64,000 bases of DNA, taken from IMG/VR virus record IMGVR_UViG_3300044796_000596; one strand, given 5' to 3'. The stretch is from an uncultured virus (IMG/VR IMGVR_UViG_3300044796_000596) (lineage: Duplodnaviria; Heunggongvirae; Uroviricota; Caudoviricetes). Positions 36,282-46,415 of this stretch are shown here, piece by piece. A model generated the notes under the pieces. The model saw only the letters and a list, made by a program, of their open reading frames with translations, made no database searches and was not told where the DNA came from. The number at the start of each line of letters is the position of its first letter. The stretch's first letter is position 1. A program made the translations under genes and the position numbers.

Positions 36282-37022
36282 TCAGCCGCCTTTCGTCTTC
36301 TCTAGCACCTCGAACGTGCCGCCGAGCCATTGCTTCCTCGGCGCGTCGTCGCGCGACCGCTCCCACACGAACCAGCAGTAGTCGGCGCTGTCCGTGCCCT
36401 TCAGACGCGACCGGACCTCGACGATCGTCTCAATGCGCTCGACGGGGTTCGGGTTCTTCGTCGTCGCCTTCGGCATGAACGTGCGCGCGAGCGACGCGAG
36501 GTCGTCGTCCGTCATCCAACCGAGGGCCTCTGCGGTGAAGCTCGGGCGGCTCGCCAGCGGGAACATGCTGAACGGGTACCGCTTGCGGAAGGGTGCCCGC
36601 TTGGCTCCGGTGCACCACGCGAGGCGGAGGAGGGCGGCGCACCGACCGCCTGGCGCGAGCAGCGAGAGCGCGTGCTCGACGTGCTCCTGTGCCGCCGAGA
36701 ACGGCGGGTTCATCGTGATCACGTCGAACGTGCCGATCGGCACGCTGAGGAAGTCGCCGAGCACCACCTGCATCGCACCGGCCGGCGCGTCGTGCAGAAG
36801 CGCATCCGCTCGCGCTTCATCGCGCTCGACCCTGACGAGCTTGTGGTTGTCGGCGCCAGCTCGCAGAAGCTCCCGCACGATGGCGCCGCGCCCGGCGCTT
36901 GGCTCGAGGATGCGCCGGCCCTCAAGCGGGCCGAGGTGCGGAACAATCGCACGCGTCACCCAGCCTGGCGTTTCGTAGAAGTCGTCCGCAACGCGCTCAC
37001 TGCCCCTGCCGGTACTGCTCAT
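36282..37022 (-). CDS. SAM-dependent amino-DNA methyltransferase (phage type)
   Basis: DDFYETP, ILEPSAGRG, MNPPF, LLRL, YCWFVW. Confidence 0.85.
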   Translation of the reverse strand: MSSTGRGSERVADDFYETPGWVTRAIVPHLGPLEGRRILEPSAGRGAIVRELLRAGADNHKLVRVERDEARADALLHDAPAGAMQVVLGDFLSVPIGTFDVITMNPPFSAAQEHVEHALSLLAPGGRCAALLRLAWCTGAKRAPFRKRYPFSMFPLASRPSFTAEALGWMTDDDLASLARTFMPKATTKNPNPVERIETIVEVRSRLKGTDSADYCWFVWERSRDDAPRKQWLGGTFEVLEKTKGG

Positions 37023-37149
37023 TGCCCCCGTCCTCGCGTCTAGATCCTCACGATCCGCTTCGCGCGGATGTCGTCAATCACCTGAGCGAGATCCTTCCCG
37101 CCGCCCCGGTAGCTCTTCTCGGCAACCTTTCGTCAACATTGCTGAAACG

Positions 37150-37878
37150 TCAAGCTGCTCCTCGCGCAGCGAGCGCCGCCTCAAAACGGCTGAGATCCTC
37201 GGCGTTTGCGTCCTCGATCGCGGCGAGTACCATCTCCCGATCCGTGGGGTGCCCGAGCGCGCACGACCCGCACGGGAGCTTCGGCGGGAGCGTCTTCGTG
37301 AGCGGCCGCAGCACGGCGTGCCCGCACGAGAGGCCGACCGTCGTGCGGGAGAGGTAGGGCCGCGTCACGGGCTGCGATGGCATGTCCGGCAGGGCCGCCG
37401 TCGCCATCGCGGCCTCGCCCGCGGCCGTCTCGCGCGTGGCGGCGCGCAGGAGCGCGAGCATGATCCCGTGCGGGAGCTCGGCCGCGTTCCGCTCGGGGGC
37501 GGGGACCACCACGACGGGGTCGCCGGTGCCCACCTCGAGCAGGCCCCAGCCTTCGGGCACGCTGGAGCGGGCCTGGACGACGTGCTTCCACGGCGCTGGG
37601 ACCGCGAGGTACCAGGCCGTGCAGACCTCGCGGAAGGGCGCGCTCTTGCCGGGGTGGCGCATCTCGCGGGCGAAGTCGCCTCGGTCGATCTTGATCTCGA
37701 CGCCCTCGCGCTTCCCGCCCGCGGACGGCCAGAGCGCAACACCGAGCACGTCGGCGATGCGGAATCCGTCTGCGTGGGCGAAACCCGTCGAGGTCCGCAC
37801 CTCGGTCAGCATGGCCCACTCGGGCGCGGCGTAGCGGCGTCGGAGACCGGCGAGCACGGCGGATGTGGATGCGCTCAT
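37150..37878 (-). CDS. MmcB-like PD-(D/E)XK nuclease-fold protein
   Basis: EVR..TG...RIAD...LWPS...GVEIKIDRGDF..E...PGK...VPEGWGLL. Confidence 0.7.
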   Translation of the reverse strand: MSASTSAVLAGLRRRYAAPEWAMLTEVRTSTGFAHADGFRIADVLGVALWPSAGGKREGVEIKIDRGDFAREMRHPGKSAPFREVCTAWYLAVPAPWKHVVQARSSVPEGWGLLEVGTGDPVVVVPAPERNAAELPHGIMLALLRAATRETAAGEAAMATAALPDMPSQPVTRPYLSRTTVGLSCGHAVLRPLTKTLPPKLPCGSCALGHPTDREMVLAAIEDANAEDLSRFEAALAARGAA

Positions 37879-38852
37879 TGGGCGGCCTCCGGGAATCCAT
37901 GTTCCTCGACGAGCAGCACGTCGGCGCTCTGCGGCTTCACGTTGCGAAGACGACCCACCACCCAGCGCACGAGCGCCTTCGCCTCCGCCAGTTGGTCGTT
38001 CGCGAAATCGACCTTGTCGTGGGCGCGATCGCCGCGCTCCATCGTGGTCGACACCTCGTCCACCTTCACGTGGAACGTGACGAACCGGCTTGGCTGCATC
38101 CACGAATAGTGCTTGCCGTCAACCGTGAAGTGGAACGCGTAAAGCGCCTCCACGTGCGGCGGTCGCCACCATCCCGATCCGCCGCATCGATCGCACCGCA
38201 CGTCGTCGCCGTCGTCTACGAGATCGTCTCCGAAGCAATCGCCACCGCTGCATTCGAAGCAGACTTGTCCGGGTCGCGCCAGATCGAAGCGCACGACGCG
38301 ATCCGTGTACTCAAGCCGATAAAGCAGCGCGACGAACGAGGTCTTCAGTTCGAAGATGTCCTCCTTGTCCCACGGCGCGCACCTCGTGCTTCGCGTGAGG
38401 CGGTTGAGTTCGAACATGGCTTCCGCCGCCGGTCCGAGCGCCAGAGTCGGGTCCGCGTAACGTTGCGCGAACAGCGCCGACCACGCACCCGCAGAGCGCG
38501 TCGGTGCCGCCGGCGCCTTGGCCGCGCGTGGTCTTGCTCGTGTCGCCGGCTCGAACGGCGGGGGCGTCTCCGAGGGCGCCTTCGGGCGCGGTACGACGGG
38601 CGAGCGGCACGACGCGCGGCAGGCCACCACGGTCTTGCGTCGAGCGAGGTTCGCAACTTGACGTCGCGACCAGAGGTGCGCGGGTGGCCCCGATTGGTAG
38701 TGCGGGTTCGTGTAGGTGCCGGCCGGCGGGAGGTCGCTCGTGACGCGCCGGAACTGGCCGATGGAAATGCGAAGTTTCGCAGCGGCAGCCGCGGTGGACA
38801 TGAGGTCGTCGCGCTTCTTGGTTCCCTTGCTCGTCGCGCTCTTTTTTTGCAT
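37875..38852 (-). CDS. Hypothetical protein with Zn-finger
   Basis: NPHYQSGPPAHLW N-terminal motif; CFEC...CDRCGGSG. Confidence 0.65.
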   Translation of the reverse strand: MQKKSATSKGTKKRDDLMSTAAAAAKLRISIGQFRRVTSDLPPAGTYTNPHYQSGPPAHLWSRRQVANLARRKTVVACRASCRSPVVPRPKAPSETPPPFEPATRARPRAAKAPAAPTRSAGAWSALFAQRYADPTLALGPAAEAMFELNRLTRSTRCAPWDKEDIFELKTSFVALLYRLEYTDRVVRFDLARPGQVCFECSGGDCFGDDLVDDGDDVRCDRCGGSGWWRPPHVEALYAFHFTVDGKHYSWMQPSRFVTFHVKVDEVSTTMERGDRAHDKVDFANDQLAEAKALVRWVVGRLRNVKPQSADVLLVEEHGFPEAAQ

Positions 38853-38855
38853 GGG

Positions 38856-39119
38856 TCATCCTTTCACGACGCGCGCCAGCCGCGTGATTTCCTCAACCGA
38901 TCCCGTGTGCATGGCATCGAGTCGCGCGGTGGCGACGCGGAGCAGAGCCCGGATCTCGGCGCCGTGCCGATCCACGTCCGCGCGCTGCGCCTCGCGCGGC
39001 ACGATCGGCGCCGGACCCGTCGCGTCGCTGGCGACCCAAAGCAGATCGTCGAGCGCACGCTCGGCCTCCGCAAGATCGCGGCGGAGGCTCACGAGCGCTG
39101 GAGGCGCAGCGTGCGTCAC
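38856..39119 (-). CDS. Small helical hypothetical protein
   Basis: GTG overlapping the upstream stop; 3' part of ORF 38856..40016. Confidence 0.5.
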   Translation of the reverse strand: MTHAAPPALVSLRRDLAEAERALDDLLWVASDATGPAPIVPREAQRADVDRHGAEIRALLRVATARLDAMHTGSVEEITRLARVVKG

Positions 39120-39658
39120 GCGGACGCTCCTCGGGGTTGGCGAAGACTCGGCCGGCTCTGCCGATGCGTCGCGCGCGCCAGCGGTGGCCGGTCCGCGAGG
39201 GGCATCGGCGACACGACGTGGTAGCCGATTCTCTCTGCCGTGAGGCCCATTTCGCGAGCGTAGGCCGCAAGCGCGTCCAGGGCGAACGATGGCTCGCGCG
39301 CGCAGCAGGCCACGTCGCCGGGCGTCCACGTCGCCTCCCAGATCGGGATGCGCCCGACGTAGCGCTCGATGCCTACGCGGAAGCGGCCCGTGTGACGCTG
39401 GCGCCCGACGACCTCGGCGGCGCGCCCGAGCGACGGCTCCTCGCGGATCGCATCGCGCTCGGCGGCGAGGTAGGCGACCTCGGCGGCGACCTCGTCGAGG
39501 TCGAGCCTCATCCCGCTCACGTCGTAGGTGAGGAGGCTCGATCGCCGGATCCAGACGCCGTCCACGACCGTCCGCTCCCCGATCGAGAGCGCGCGAGCGC
39601 GGGCGTGGATCTTCTCGTTCGTGACCTGTGATAGAGACGCAGGGGCGCTCGGCGGCAT
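39116..39658 (-). CDS. Hypothetical protein
   Basis: ATG with GGAG RBS; first gene of the leftward block. Confidence 0.5.
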   Translation of the reverse strand: MPPSAPASLSQVTNEKIHARARALSIGERTVVDGVWIRRSSLLTYDVSGMRLDLDEVAAEVAYLAAERDAIREEPSLGRAAEVVGRQRHTGRFRVGIERYVGRIPIWEATWTPGDVACCAREPSFALDALAAYAREMGLTAERIGYHVVSPMPLADRPPLARATHRQSRPSLRQPRGASA

Positions 39659-39794
39659 GGGCTCGACTCCATGGCTTCGGGAAAGGGCCTCGCGCGGTGT
39701 TGGATGCACCGCCGAGGCCCGCGCTGTTCGTGGGTTCAGTTGTAGCGCCGCGTGGTGCGCCCGCAAGAAAATTCGTCTGCCCGATGACCATTGC

Positions 39795-39824
39795 TTGACG
39801 GGCATTGTCCCCCCGTGTCAGGGT
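39795..39824 (+). promoter_or_regulatory. Possible leaderless promoter at the divergent switch
   Basis: TTGACG-N18-CAGGGT-N6-GTG. Confidence 0.35.
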
Positions 39825-39830
39825 GCGCCC

Positions 39831-40046
39831 GTGGGGTCTACGAAGATTAGCTTCCGGCTCCCCGCGATGACGCGCGCACGTCTCGCGGCGCTGGCGAAGC
39901 ACCAGTCGTCCGATCGACCGAACGTGACCTCGGCCCTCATCCGAGCGGTCGAGGACGCCCACCGCGCCGCGGGGCTGCCCGAGCCCGATGTGCGTGCCCT
40001 TCAAAAGGTTGAACAACGGGCTCCGCCCTCCGAGGAGCCGCGATGA
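39831..40046 (+). CDS. Ribbon-helix-helix-type DNA-binding protein
   Basis: TKISFRLP..TRARLAALA...NVTSALIRAV; first gene of the rightward block. Confidence 0.6.
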   Translation: MGSTKISFRLPAMTRARLAALAKHQSSDRPNVTSALIRAVEDAHRAAGLPEPDVRALQKVEQRAPPSEEPR

Positions 40047-40324
40047 AGCAAGTAATCCAGTATCCGGTTGAGGTAAAGAACGGCGAGTTCACGATCGATC
40101 TGCCGGTCGGCGCACGCCTGCTCAACGTCCATGCGTTCGCCGGAAGAGGTTTCCTCTACGTGCTCGAGGACCCGGACCCTGAGGTCGAACGCGCGCCTCG
40201 ACGGTTCTGTTTCGCAGGCACCGGCAGCAAGATCATCGAGAACGCCGATGCCTTGTTCTACGTCGGCACGGTCCCCGTCAACGATGGCAGCTACGCGTAC
40301 CATCTGTTCACGGAGTTCGTGTAG
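40043..40324 (+). CDS. Conserved phage-type hypothetical protein
   Basis: IDLPVGARLL...RRFCFAGTG...YVGTV...YHLF. Confidence 0.7.
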   Translation: MKQVIQYPVEVKNGEFTIDLPVGARLLNVHAFAGRGFLYVLEDPDPEVERAPRRFCFAGTGSKIIENADALFYVGTVPVNDGSYAYHLFTEFV

Positions 40325-40779
40325 TGGAGTCCGTGCACGAGCCGGGGGTGGGGATCGCCGTACCTCGCGACGGCGCGCCTCGTCCCGACCGACGTCTTGA
40401 GGCGCTCAATTACCGCAGCTTCGTTCTCACTCAGTACCGATGCCAGGCGCTCGCCATCGCCTTCGCCAACGTGACCGACAAGACGGGCTGGGCCGCGTTG
40501 CGCGCGGCAGGCTCGCTCGCGAACGCGATGGCCCACGCGGCGCTCGCCGCCGAGACGTCCACGCCGACGCCGAGCGACACGACGGCCGGGACAAGCCCAG
40601 CCTCCGCTCCTGCCAAGCCGATCCCCATCCCCGAGCGGAACCCCGAGCGGAAGGATCTGCGTCAGAAGGCGGAGGACTTCATCGCGAAGCACCCCGGATA
40701 CTACGGAGGTTTCTCGATCAAGTGTTCGCTTGAGTCGACGACGACCGAGACCGAGGCGACGACGTGCATCCGAGGCTGA
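40324..40779 (+). CDS. Hypothetical protein
   Basis: Coupled ORF. Confidence 0.5.
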   Translation: MESVHEPGVGIAVPRDGAPRPDRRLEALNYRSFVLTQYRCQALAIAFANVTDKTGWAALRAAGSLANAMAHAALAAETSTPTPSDTTAGTSPASAPAKPIPIPERNPERKDLRQKAEDFIAKHPGYYGGFSIKCSLESTTTETEATTCIRG

Positions 40780-40820
40780 TCGAGTTCCTGAGCTTCCGAG
40801 CGACGAGGTACTAGAGCGTC

Positions 40821-42368
40821 ATGGCGGTGGAAAAGCACTCCGAGGACAGGGCGCGCGTCGCGATCCGCGACCTCCTCGAAGACTTGCGCGAGGAGCTCTC
40901 GGACCTCGACGCGCAGCGTGACGCCGTCCAGGCGAAGATCAGCGGCGCCGAGAAGGTGCTCGTGGCGATCGACGACATCGGCGCGCCTCAGGCACAGGCA
41001 CAGAGGGCACCGAAGAAGCGTTTCAAGGCGCCCGCGAAGGTCTCCAGGGGCTCCAGGAAGGTGTCCGCGTCCGAGCCGCCTCCGAAGCGCCAAGGGATGA
41101 AAGGGACGCGTGAGCCGGTCGCGGACAGCAACCTCGGCCGCGTGCTCGCTCACGTGCGCGCGGGCGGCGCCGCGGGTGTGCCTCGTGCGAGCGTCGGGAC
41201 GATTGCCAAGGTCGATCTCGCGAACCAGTGCGCCATCCTCCAGACGCTGCGGATGCGCGGCTTCGTCCGGGTCGACGGCGTGAGGGGCGCGCAGCGCGTC
41301 GTCGCGCTCGCGTTCACGGCTCCACGCTACCAAGGGGGGAACGAAGGGTTTCTGGGCGAGTTGGCCCCCCACGTCGCGACGAGCGCGACTGCGACGACGA
41401 GCGCGAAGAAGAGCGCGGAGCCCGCGCGCGGGACGCAGCTTGCTCGTGCTCTCGCGCGCATTCGTGCGGGTGGCCCCGCGGGCGTGACCCGAGCGACCAT
41501 GGGAAAGGCGGTGCAGGTCGTCGCGGCAAACCACCAAGGAGCCATCGTGAGGGCCCTTCGCCTCCGTGGTTTCGTCCGTGTCGAAGACGTGAAGGGGGAG
41601 CAGCGCGTGATCGCGGTGGAGGCTGTCGCCGCGCCGCCGCCCGCCGCGTCGCCCGCCGCGTCGCCCGCACCGCACGCCCACGTGCGCGTGGCCCCGGTGC
41701 CGCCGTCGGTGGAAGAACCCGTCGAGGAACCCGTCGAGGAACCCGTCGAGGAACCCGTCGAGGAAGCCGAGGAGACCGAAGAGCCGGAGGCCGATCGCCC
41801 GCGCATGCGTGTTGCTCTCCAAGCACCCGCTCCCGCCCGAGAGCCCGCCGTGGCGACGCCGTCGAGCGCGAGGTCGGCCGGAGCGTCGCTCCCCAGGCCG
41901 CCTTTGCCTCCGCGACCTCCTCTTCGGCGTCCGGATCGCGATGTCGAGGAGGACGAGTCCGTCGTCGCGCGGAACCCCGCGCCGCCCGCGCCGCCCGCGC
42001 CGCCCGCGCCGCCCGCGCCGCTCGCGCCGCCACCGGCGAAGGAACCGAAGGCGGAGAAGGCTGAGCCGATCGCGGAGCGGCGAGTCGTCAAGATCCCGAT
42101 GATCACGGATCGCGAGGATCGCTTCTTCTGCAAGCCGTTCTCCGTCACCATGAGGGCGGGGACGTGCGTCGACCGTCAGGAGATCGCGCACTCGGACCCG
42201 CAGGGCGTCAACGCCGTGGCGAACAAGGCGCGCCGGCTCAAGAACGACTACCAAAAGTGCGCACGATGCACGGAGGGCGGCCCTGAGGTGCGCAAGCAGC
42301 TCGGGATCGTGCCGAAGACGCCGCCGAAGACGCCGCCGAAGACGAAGACAAGGGGAACATCGACGTGA
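40821..42368 (+). CDS. Hypothetical protein with two winged-helix-like repeats and Pro/Glu-rich linker
   Basis: RVLAHVRAGGAAGVPRA...LRMRGFVRV repeated as RALARIRAGGPAGVTRA...LRLRGFVRV. Confidence 0.65.
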   Translation: MAVEKHSEDRARVAIRDLLEDLREELSDLDAQRDAVQAKISGAEKVLVAIDDIGAPQAQAQRAPKKRFKAPAKVSRGSRKVSASEPPPKRQGMKGTREPVADSNLGRVLAHVRAGGAAGVPRASVGTIAKVDLANQCAILQTLRMRGFVRVDGVRGAQRVVALAFTAPRYQGGNEGFLGELAPHVATSATATTSAKKSAEPARGTQLARALARIRAGGPAGVTRATMGKAVQVVAANHQGAIVRALRLRGFVRVEDVKGEQRVIAVEAVAAPPPAASPAASPAPHAHVRVAPVPPSVEEPVEEPVEEPVEEPVEEAEETEEPEADRPRMRVALQAPAPAREPAVATPSSARSAGASLPRPPLPPRPPLRRPDRDVEEDESVVARNPAPPAPPAPPAPPAPLAPPPAKEPKAEKAEPIAERRVVKIPMITDREDRFFCKPFSVTMRAGTCVDRQEIAHSDPQGVNAVANKARRLKNDYQKCARCTEGGPEVRKQLGIVPKTPPKTPPKTKTRGTST

Positions 42369-42721
42369 GTCCGGCACGGGGGAAGACGACAGACGGAGAC
42401 GGAGAGGGAGAGGCCGCTCGCCGGCTTGCCCTCGCGCTCGCGTACATCGAGCGGGAGCTTGCCGACCTCGAGCGCGAGGCGCCGAAGGAAGGCACGGAGG
42501 CTGCCGTCTTCACGCTGGTCGCGGTCCGTCACGTTCTCTGGGGGCACGAGGCTCCCATCGTGAAGGCGCACGAGCGGTTCGTGGACGAGATCAACGGCGA
42601 GCCGACGAAGGAGTCGCTCACGACGGTCCTGCGGCTGGAGGGCATCGGCCGGGATCTGCCGAGGATCCTCGGCGACTTCGCTCGGTGGGTCGCGGCCATG
42701 TGGCCGCCGCGCACGAACTAG
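42365..42721 (+). CDS. Hypothetical protein (paralogous to a domain of 46412..47599)
   Basis: LGDFARWVAAMWPP vs LCDYARWMAEQYPP. Confidence 0.6.
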   Translation: MSPARGKTTDGDGEGEAARRLALALAYIERELADLEREAPKEGTEAAVFTLVAVRHVLWGHEAPIVKAHERFVDEINGEPTKESLTTVLRLEGIGRDLPRILGDFARWVAAMWPPRTN

Positions 42722-42732
42722 GCTGAAAGATC

Positions 42733-43134
42733 ATGAAGCACGACACGTTTCTCGCCCGGGTGATCGCAGACGGGCTCGCGAGCATCGAGAAGGATGCGCG
42801 CATCACGCGCCATCCGGAGCGCCTCCAGGGCGCAAGGGACGGCTTCAACGCCTGCACGGGCCTCGACGCGGAGGCGCTCGGCAAGCTCCTCGCGACCGCC
42901 CAGCGCGCCGTGCACGAGTCCCGCACGGCCCGCGAGCCCATCGAGACGTACTGGCGCAAGAACTACTACGCGATCGAGATCGAGTGGGTCTGCAACACGC
43001 TGTCGGCGGCGCTCCACAACCAGGGCCTGCCGACCATCGTCCCGCCGACCGTGCGCGGATTTATCAACGCGACGCGCATCCTCGGCATCCTCGGCGTCGC
43101 GTCGGGCGTCCACGAGCGGTCCACGAACGGCTAG
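42733..43134 (+). CDS. Hypothetical protein
   Basis: 133 aa; GARDGFNAC...YW...EIEWVCN..SA. Confidence 0.65.
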   Translation: MKHDTFLARVIADGLASIEKDARITRHPERLQGARDGFNACTGLDAEALGKLLATAQRAVHESRTAREPIETYWRKNYYAIEIEWVCNTLSAALHNQGLPTIVPPTVRGFINATRILGILGVASGVHERSTNG

Positions 43135-43315
43135 CGGAAAGGCGGATGCATCCTATGCTGTCTATGCTGCGGGAGTTGCACGAGGCGTTTCGCACGTTCG
43201 GTGGGTTGAGCCTCGTGAGCATGGGCGCCATCGCGATCGGGGAGGCGATGGTCTTCGTCGAGAACTCGGCGCTCGATCTCCTGGAGAAGCGACGAGATCG
43301 AAAAGGGCCGAAGGC

Positions 43316-43738
43316 ATGAGCGAGGCGCGAATCGTGGAGACGTGCAACGAGGCTCCGCTCACGGTCGTTCTGCGGTTCACCGCGGGGCCGTGGTTTGAGA
43401 CGGAGAACGACGAGTACGGGCGCCTGATCCCTGCACCCGTCCGTGCGGAGAGCGCCTCGTGCATCGGCGTCGAGAACAACACGGCACGCGCATGGGACTG
43501 GGGACAGACATGCGACCTCGATGGCGACACGCCTGCGTTCAACGTGGCCGCGTTGACGCACCTGTGGCCCGAGGCCGCGCAGTTGGGCCGATACGGGTGG
43601 AGCATTGCCACGCCCAACGGCGTCGAATTGGATGACGACGGATACGGAGTCACGCGAGGACATTGCGCGACGCTCGCGGAGGCGCAGGCCATGGCGGACG
43701 CTGCGCTCCTCCGGTACTGCCGCACGAGGGCCACATGA
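43316..43738 (+). CDS. Hypothetical protein
   Basis: ATGA-coupled 3' part of ORF 42794..43738. Confidence 0.5.
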   Translation: MSEARIVETCNEAPLTVVLRFTAGPWFETENDEYGRLIPAPVRAESASCIGVENNTARAWDWGQTCDLDGDTPAFNVAALTHLWPEAAQLGRYGWSIATPNGVELDDDGYGVTRGHCATLAEAQAMADAALLRYCRTRAT

Positions 43739-44964
43739 ACGTCGAGATCCTCAAGAACGTCCGGAAGCTCATCGTCCACGGCCCGTGCGCGGACGGCCGC
43801 GCCAGCGCGTTGATCCTTCGCGACGCGCTGCCCGAGCGCGAGATCCTGCATGTTCAGTACAGCACGCCCGAGCACAAGGCCCTCGTGCCGGAGCCTGGCG
43901 TGCTGTTCTGCGATTTTTCCCCGTGGGTGGAGCGCGTCGAGGGTCAGATGACTGCGGCCGGTCGCGAGCTCGCCCAGCGGTGGGTGGACGCGGGCGCGAT
44001 CGTGCTCGACCACCACACTGGCACCGCAGACCTCGTGGCGATGTTCGGGGAACGGGGCGTGTTCGCGGACGTGAAGACCGGGCCGGGCGTCTCGGGGGCG
44101 ATGCTGGCGTTCCGCGAGGTGTGGCAGCCGTTGGAAGAGCGCGCGGGTGCCCCGACGTGCGATGGATCATACGGACCCGACGGAGCCGTCGAGGTGGGCG
44201 CACCGCGGTGCTCCCAGCCCATCGTGTACCGCTGCGTCTGCTCGCGGTGCGAGCGCGAGAGCGAAGGCGGTGACGAGTCCGAGGTGTTTCTCTCGTGCGC
44301 CGCGCATGTCCGTCGCGTCGCGAGCGGGCACGCGCAGATTCGTTTTCGGGACGTGATCTGGACCAAGTACGTGCCACGTCATCCGCCCCCCACGACCGCT
44401 GCCCGGCTCCTCGCGCACTTCGCGGCGGTCGCTGGCGTCCGCGACACCTGGCAGACGAAGGACTCCCGCTGGCAAGAGGCGTGCGCCCAAGCGGCCGCCC
44501 TGATGTTCTGGGAGTGGGACGACCTCGCCCGTTATGGCGTTCGCGCCCTGCTGTACGAGCCCGGCGTCGATCCGGTTCCCGAGGCCCTCCGCGTCGGGCC
44601 GGCCCTGCTCAAGAGCCAGCACGAGCACGATTCCCGCACGATCGAAGAAGCACACCGCTTTTCCGTGGGGGATTTGCGGGTCGTCTGTTTTCTTGGCCAC
44701 TCGCGGAATGCGAGTGACATCGCCGAGCGTTTGAACGATCAGGCGGATCTCGTCCTCGCGATCCACTACTTCGTAAGGGAAGGACAGCCGTTTGCACGAG
44801 TTTCGTGCCGTTCGCGCGGGATTTTCTCGGCAAAACGGCTCGCCATGGCCTATGGTGGGAACGGGCACGAACAGGCGGCGGCGTTCTCGGTCGAGGCGAC
44901 CGGCACGGCGTCACCCTACGCGCTGACGGAGTTTCTGGTGCGACGGCACGTGTCCAATCTCTGA
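43735..44964 (+). CDS. DHH/DHHA1-family phosphoesterase
   Basis: HGPCADG, CDFS, VLDHH, SGAMLA, RDTW, SCRS, GGNGHEQAAAF. Confidence 0.85.
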   Translation: MNVEILKNVRKLIVHGPCADGRASALILRDALPEREILHVQYSTPEHKALVPEPGVLFCDFSPWVERVEGQMTAAGRELAQRWVDAGAIVLDHHTGTADLVAMFGERGVFADVKTGPGVSGAMLAFREVWQPLEERAGAPTCDGSYGPDGAVEVGAPRCSQPIVYRCVCSRCERESEGGDESEVFLSCAAHVRRVASGHAQIRFRDVIWTKYVPRHPPPTTAARLLAHFAAVAGVRDTWQTKDSRWQEACAQAAALMFWEWDDLARYGVRALLYEPGVDPVPEALRVGPALLKSQHEHDSRTIEEAHRFSVGDLRVVCFLGHSRNASDIAERLNDQADLVLAIHYFVREGQPFARVSCRSRGIFSAKRLAMAYGGNGHEQAAAFSVEATGTASPYALTEFLVRRHVSNL

Positions 44965-45012
44965 CGGGGTGCTTCGGGGGAAGCTTGGCGGGGAAGAGGG
45001 AAAAGGGAAGTC

Positions 45013-46008
45013 ATGGAGCGGATCAAGCAGGGGATTCTGTCGCTGTTTTTTGTGGTCGTGCTCGTGCTCGGATGGGTCGATCTCGCGTGGGGGCAGTCGC
45101 CCGCGGCCGAGGCGCTCTTCGAGCAGGGGAAGGTCGCGATGGCGGCCGGGGACTTCGACACGGCGTGCGCCCGCTTCCGCGGGTCGGACGCGATCGACCC
45201 GCAGCCGGGGACCCGCCTGAACCTCGCGGCCTGCGAGGAGAAGCGGGGTCATCTCGCGAGCGCGTGGGAAGCGTTCTCCGCGGCGCTCCCGAAGCTCCCG
45301 AAGGACGACCCACGGGTCGCGAAGGTCCGCGAGCATCTGGCGGCCATCGAGCTGCGCCTGCCGCGCCTCGTGCTCGTGCTCGCCCCGGATGCGTCGCGCG
45401 GCACGACGGTACGTGAAGGGACCGTGGTGCTCGGAACGGCCGACACGTATGGCGTCCCCCTGCCGCTCGACCCGGGGGTCCATCACCTGACCGTGATCAT
45501 CCCGGACAGCGCCCCGAAGACCGTGGACGTGACGCTGGTCGAGGGCGACACGGCGAAGCTCACCGTCGGCGCCGTGCACCGTCGAGAGGAGGGCGGCGCG
45601 CCCCTCATGCTGCCGGCGTCGTCTCCCTTCGCAAGGAAGGCGCCGTGGATCCTCGGGGGGGTGGGGCTCGCGTCGTTCGCGATCGCGGGTGTCACGGGTG
45701 GGCTCCTGCTCCACGACAAGGCCGTCGCGAACGCGCACTGCACCACGAGTGGCCCGGTGCCAGCGTGCAAGGACCAGACGGGGATGGACGCAGCCGCGGG
45801 CGTGCGGACGCTCGGGCCGGCGACGACGGCGATGCTGATCCTCGGGAGCACGGGGGTCGCGTCGAGCGCGGTCTGGCTCGGGCTTCGCGCGGGCATGGGC
45901 ATGTCGGACGGGGAGGACAGGCGGGAGATCAAGGGGCTCAAGGGGCTCAAGGTCGGTGTCGTGCCGATGGGCGCGGGCGTCGCGTGGCGTGTGGAGGGCT
46001 CATGGTGA
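45013..46008 (+). CDS. Myxobacterial-type secreted TPR/PEGA-like protein
   Basis: Signal peptide; AEALFEQG...ACARFRGS..IDP..GT.LNLAACEE..G.LASAW; LPLDPG.H; C-terminal Gly-rich hydrophobic segments ending GSW. Confidence 0.8.
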   Translation: MERIKQGILSLFFVVVLVLGWVDLAWGQSPAAEALFEQGKVAMAAGDFDTACARFRGSDAIDPQPGTRLNLAACEEKRGHLASAWEAFSAALPKLPKDDPRVAKVREHLAAIELRLPRLVLVLAPDASRGTTVREGTVVLGTADTYGVPLPLDPGVHHLTVIIPDSAPKTVDVTLVEGDTAKLTVGAVHRREEGGAPLMLPASSPFARKAPWILGGVGLASFAIAGVTGGLLLHDKAVANAHCTTSGPVPACKDQTGMDAAAGVRTLGPATTAMLILGSTGVASSAVWLGLRAGMGMSDGEDRREIKGLKGLKVGVVPMGAGVAWRVEGSW

Positions 46009-46415
46009 GTCCCAAGATGCTAGGAAACCAAGCGAGTAAGCCGATCGCTGCGATCCTGCCTGCCGTCGAAGGATGGCGCGCGCTCTTCATCAAGTACGAC
46101 GCGGGGGGCAAGCCGGTTGACATGCCGGGCGACTCGGGTTCGGTCGTTGTGGCTCCGCCGGTCGTGATCGCGGCCTGGGGTCTCCTCGTACCAGACCCCG
46201 ACATTGGAGTCATGGGCGCCCTCGCGGCGATGGCCGGGGTGACGCCGCGCGAGGGTGCTGCGTTCGTCCCGCTGGCTGCCGCGGATGCGGGTGCGGAGCG
46301 GCTCGACGCTCGGCGCGGCTACATCGGCTTCGCTTATCCTGGGGAGAGCGCTCAGGAGGCCGTCGCTCGGATCGACCGGCCCGAGAGACCCCACCCACAC
46401 ATGGAGATCCCGTGA
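46005..46415 (+). CDS. Hypothetical protein
   Basis: GTGA coupling; ILPAVEGWRALF...IAAWGL. Confidence 0.5.
   Translation: MSPKMLGNQASKPIAAILPAVEGWRALFIKYDAGGKPVDMPGDSGSVVVAPPVVIAAWGLLVPDPDIGVMGALAAMAGVTPREGAAFVPLAAADAGAERLDARRGYIGFAYPGESAQEAVARIDRPERPHPHMEIP

Noticed and set aside
38063..38077. Second parS-like sequence
   Set aside because: Inside a CDS with one arm degenerate; probably chance.
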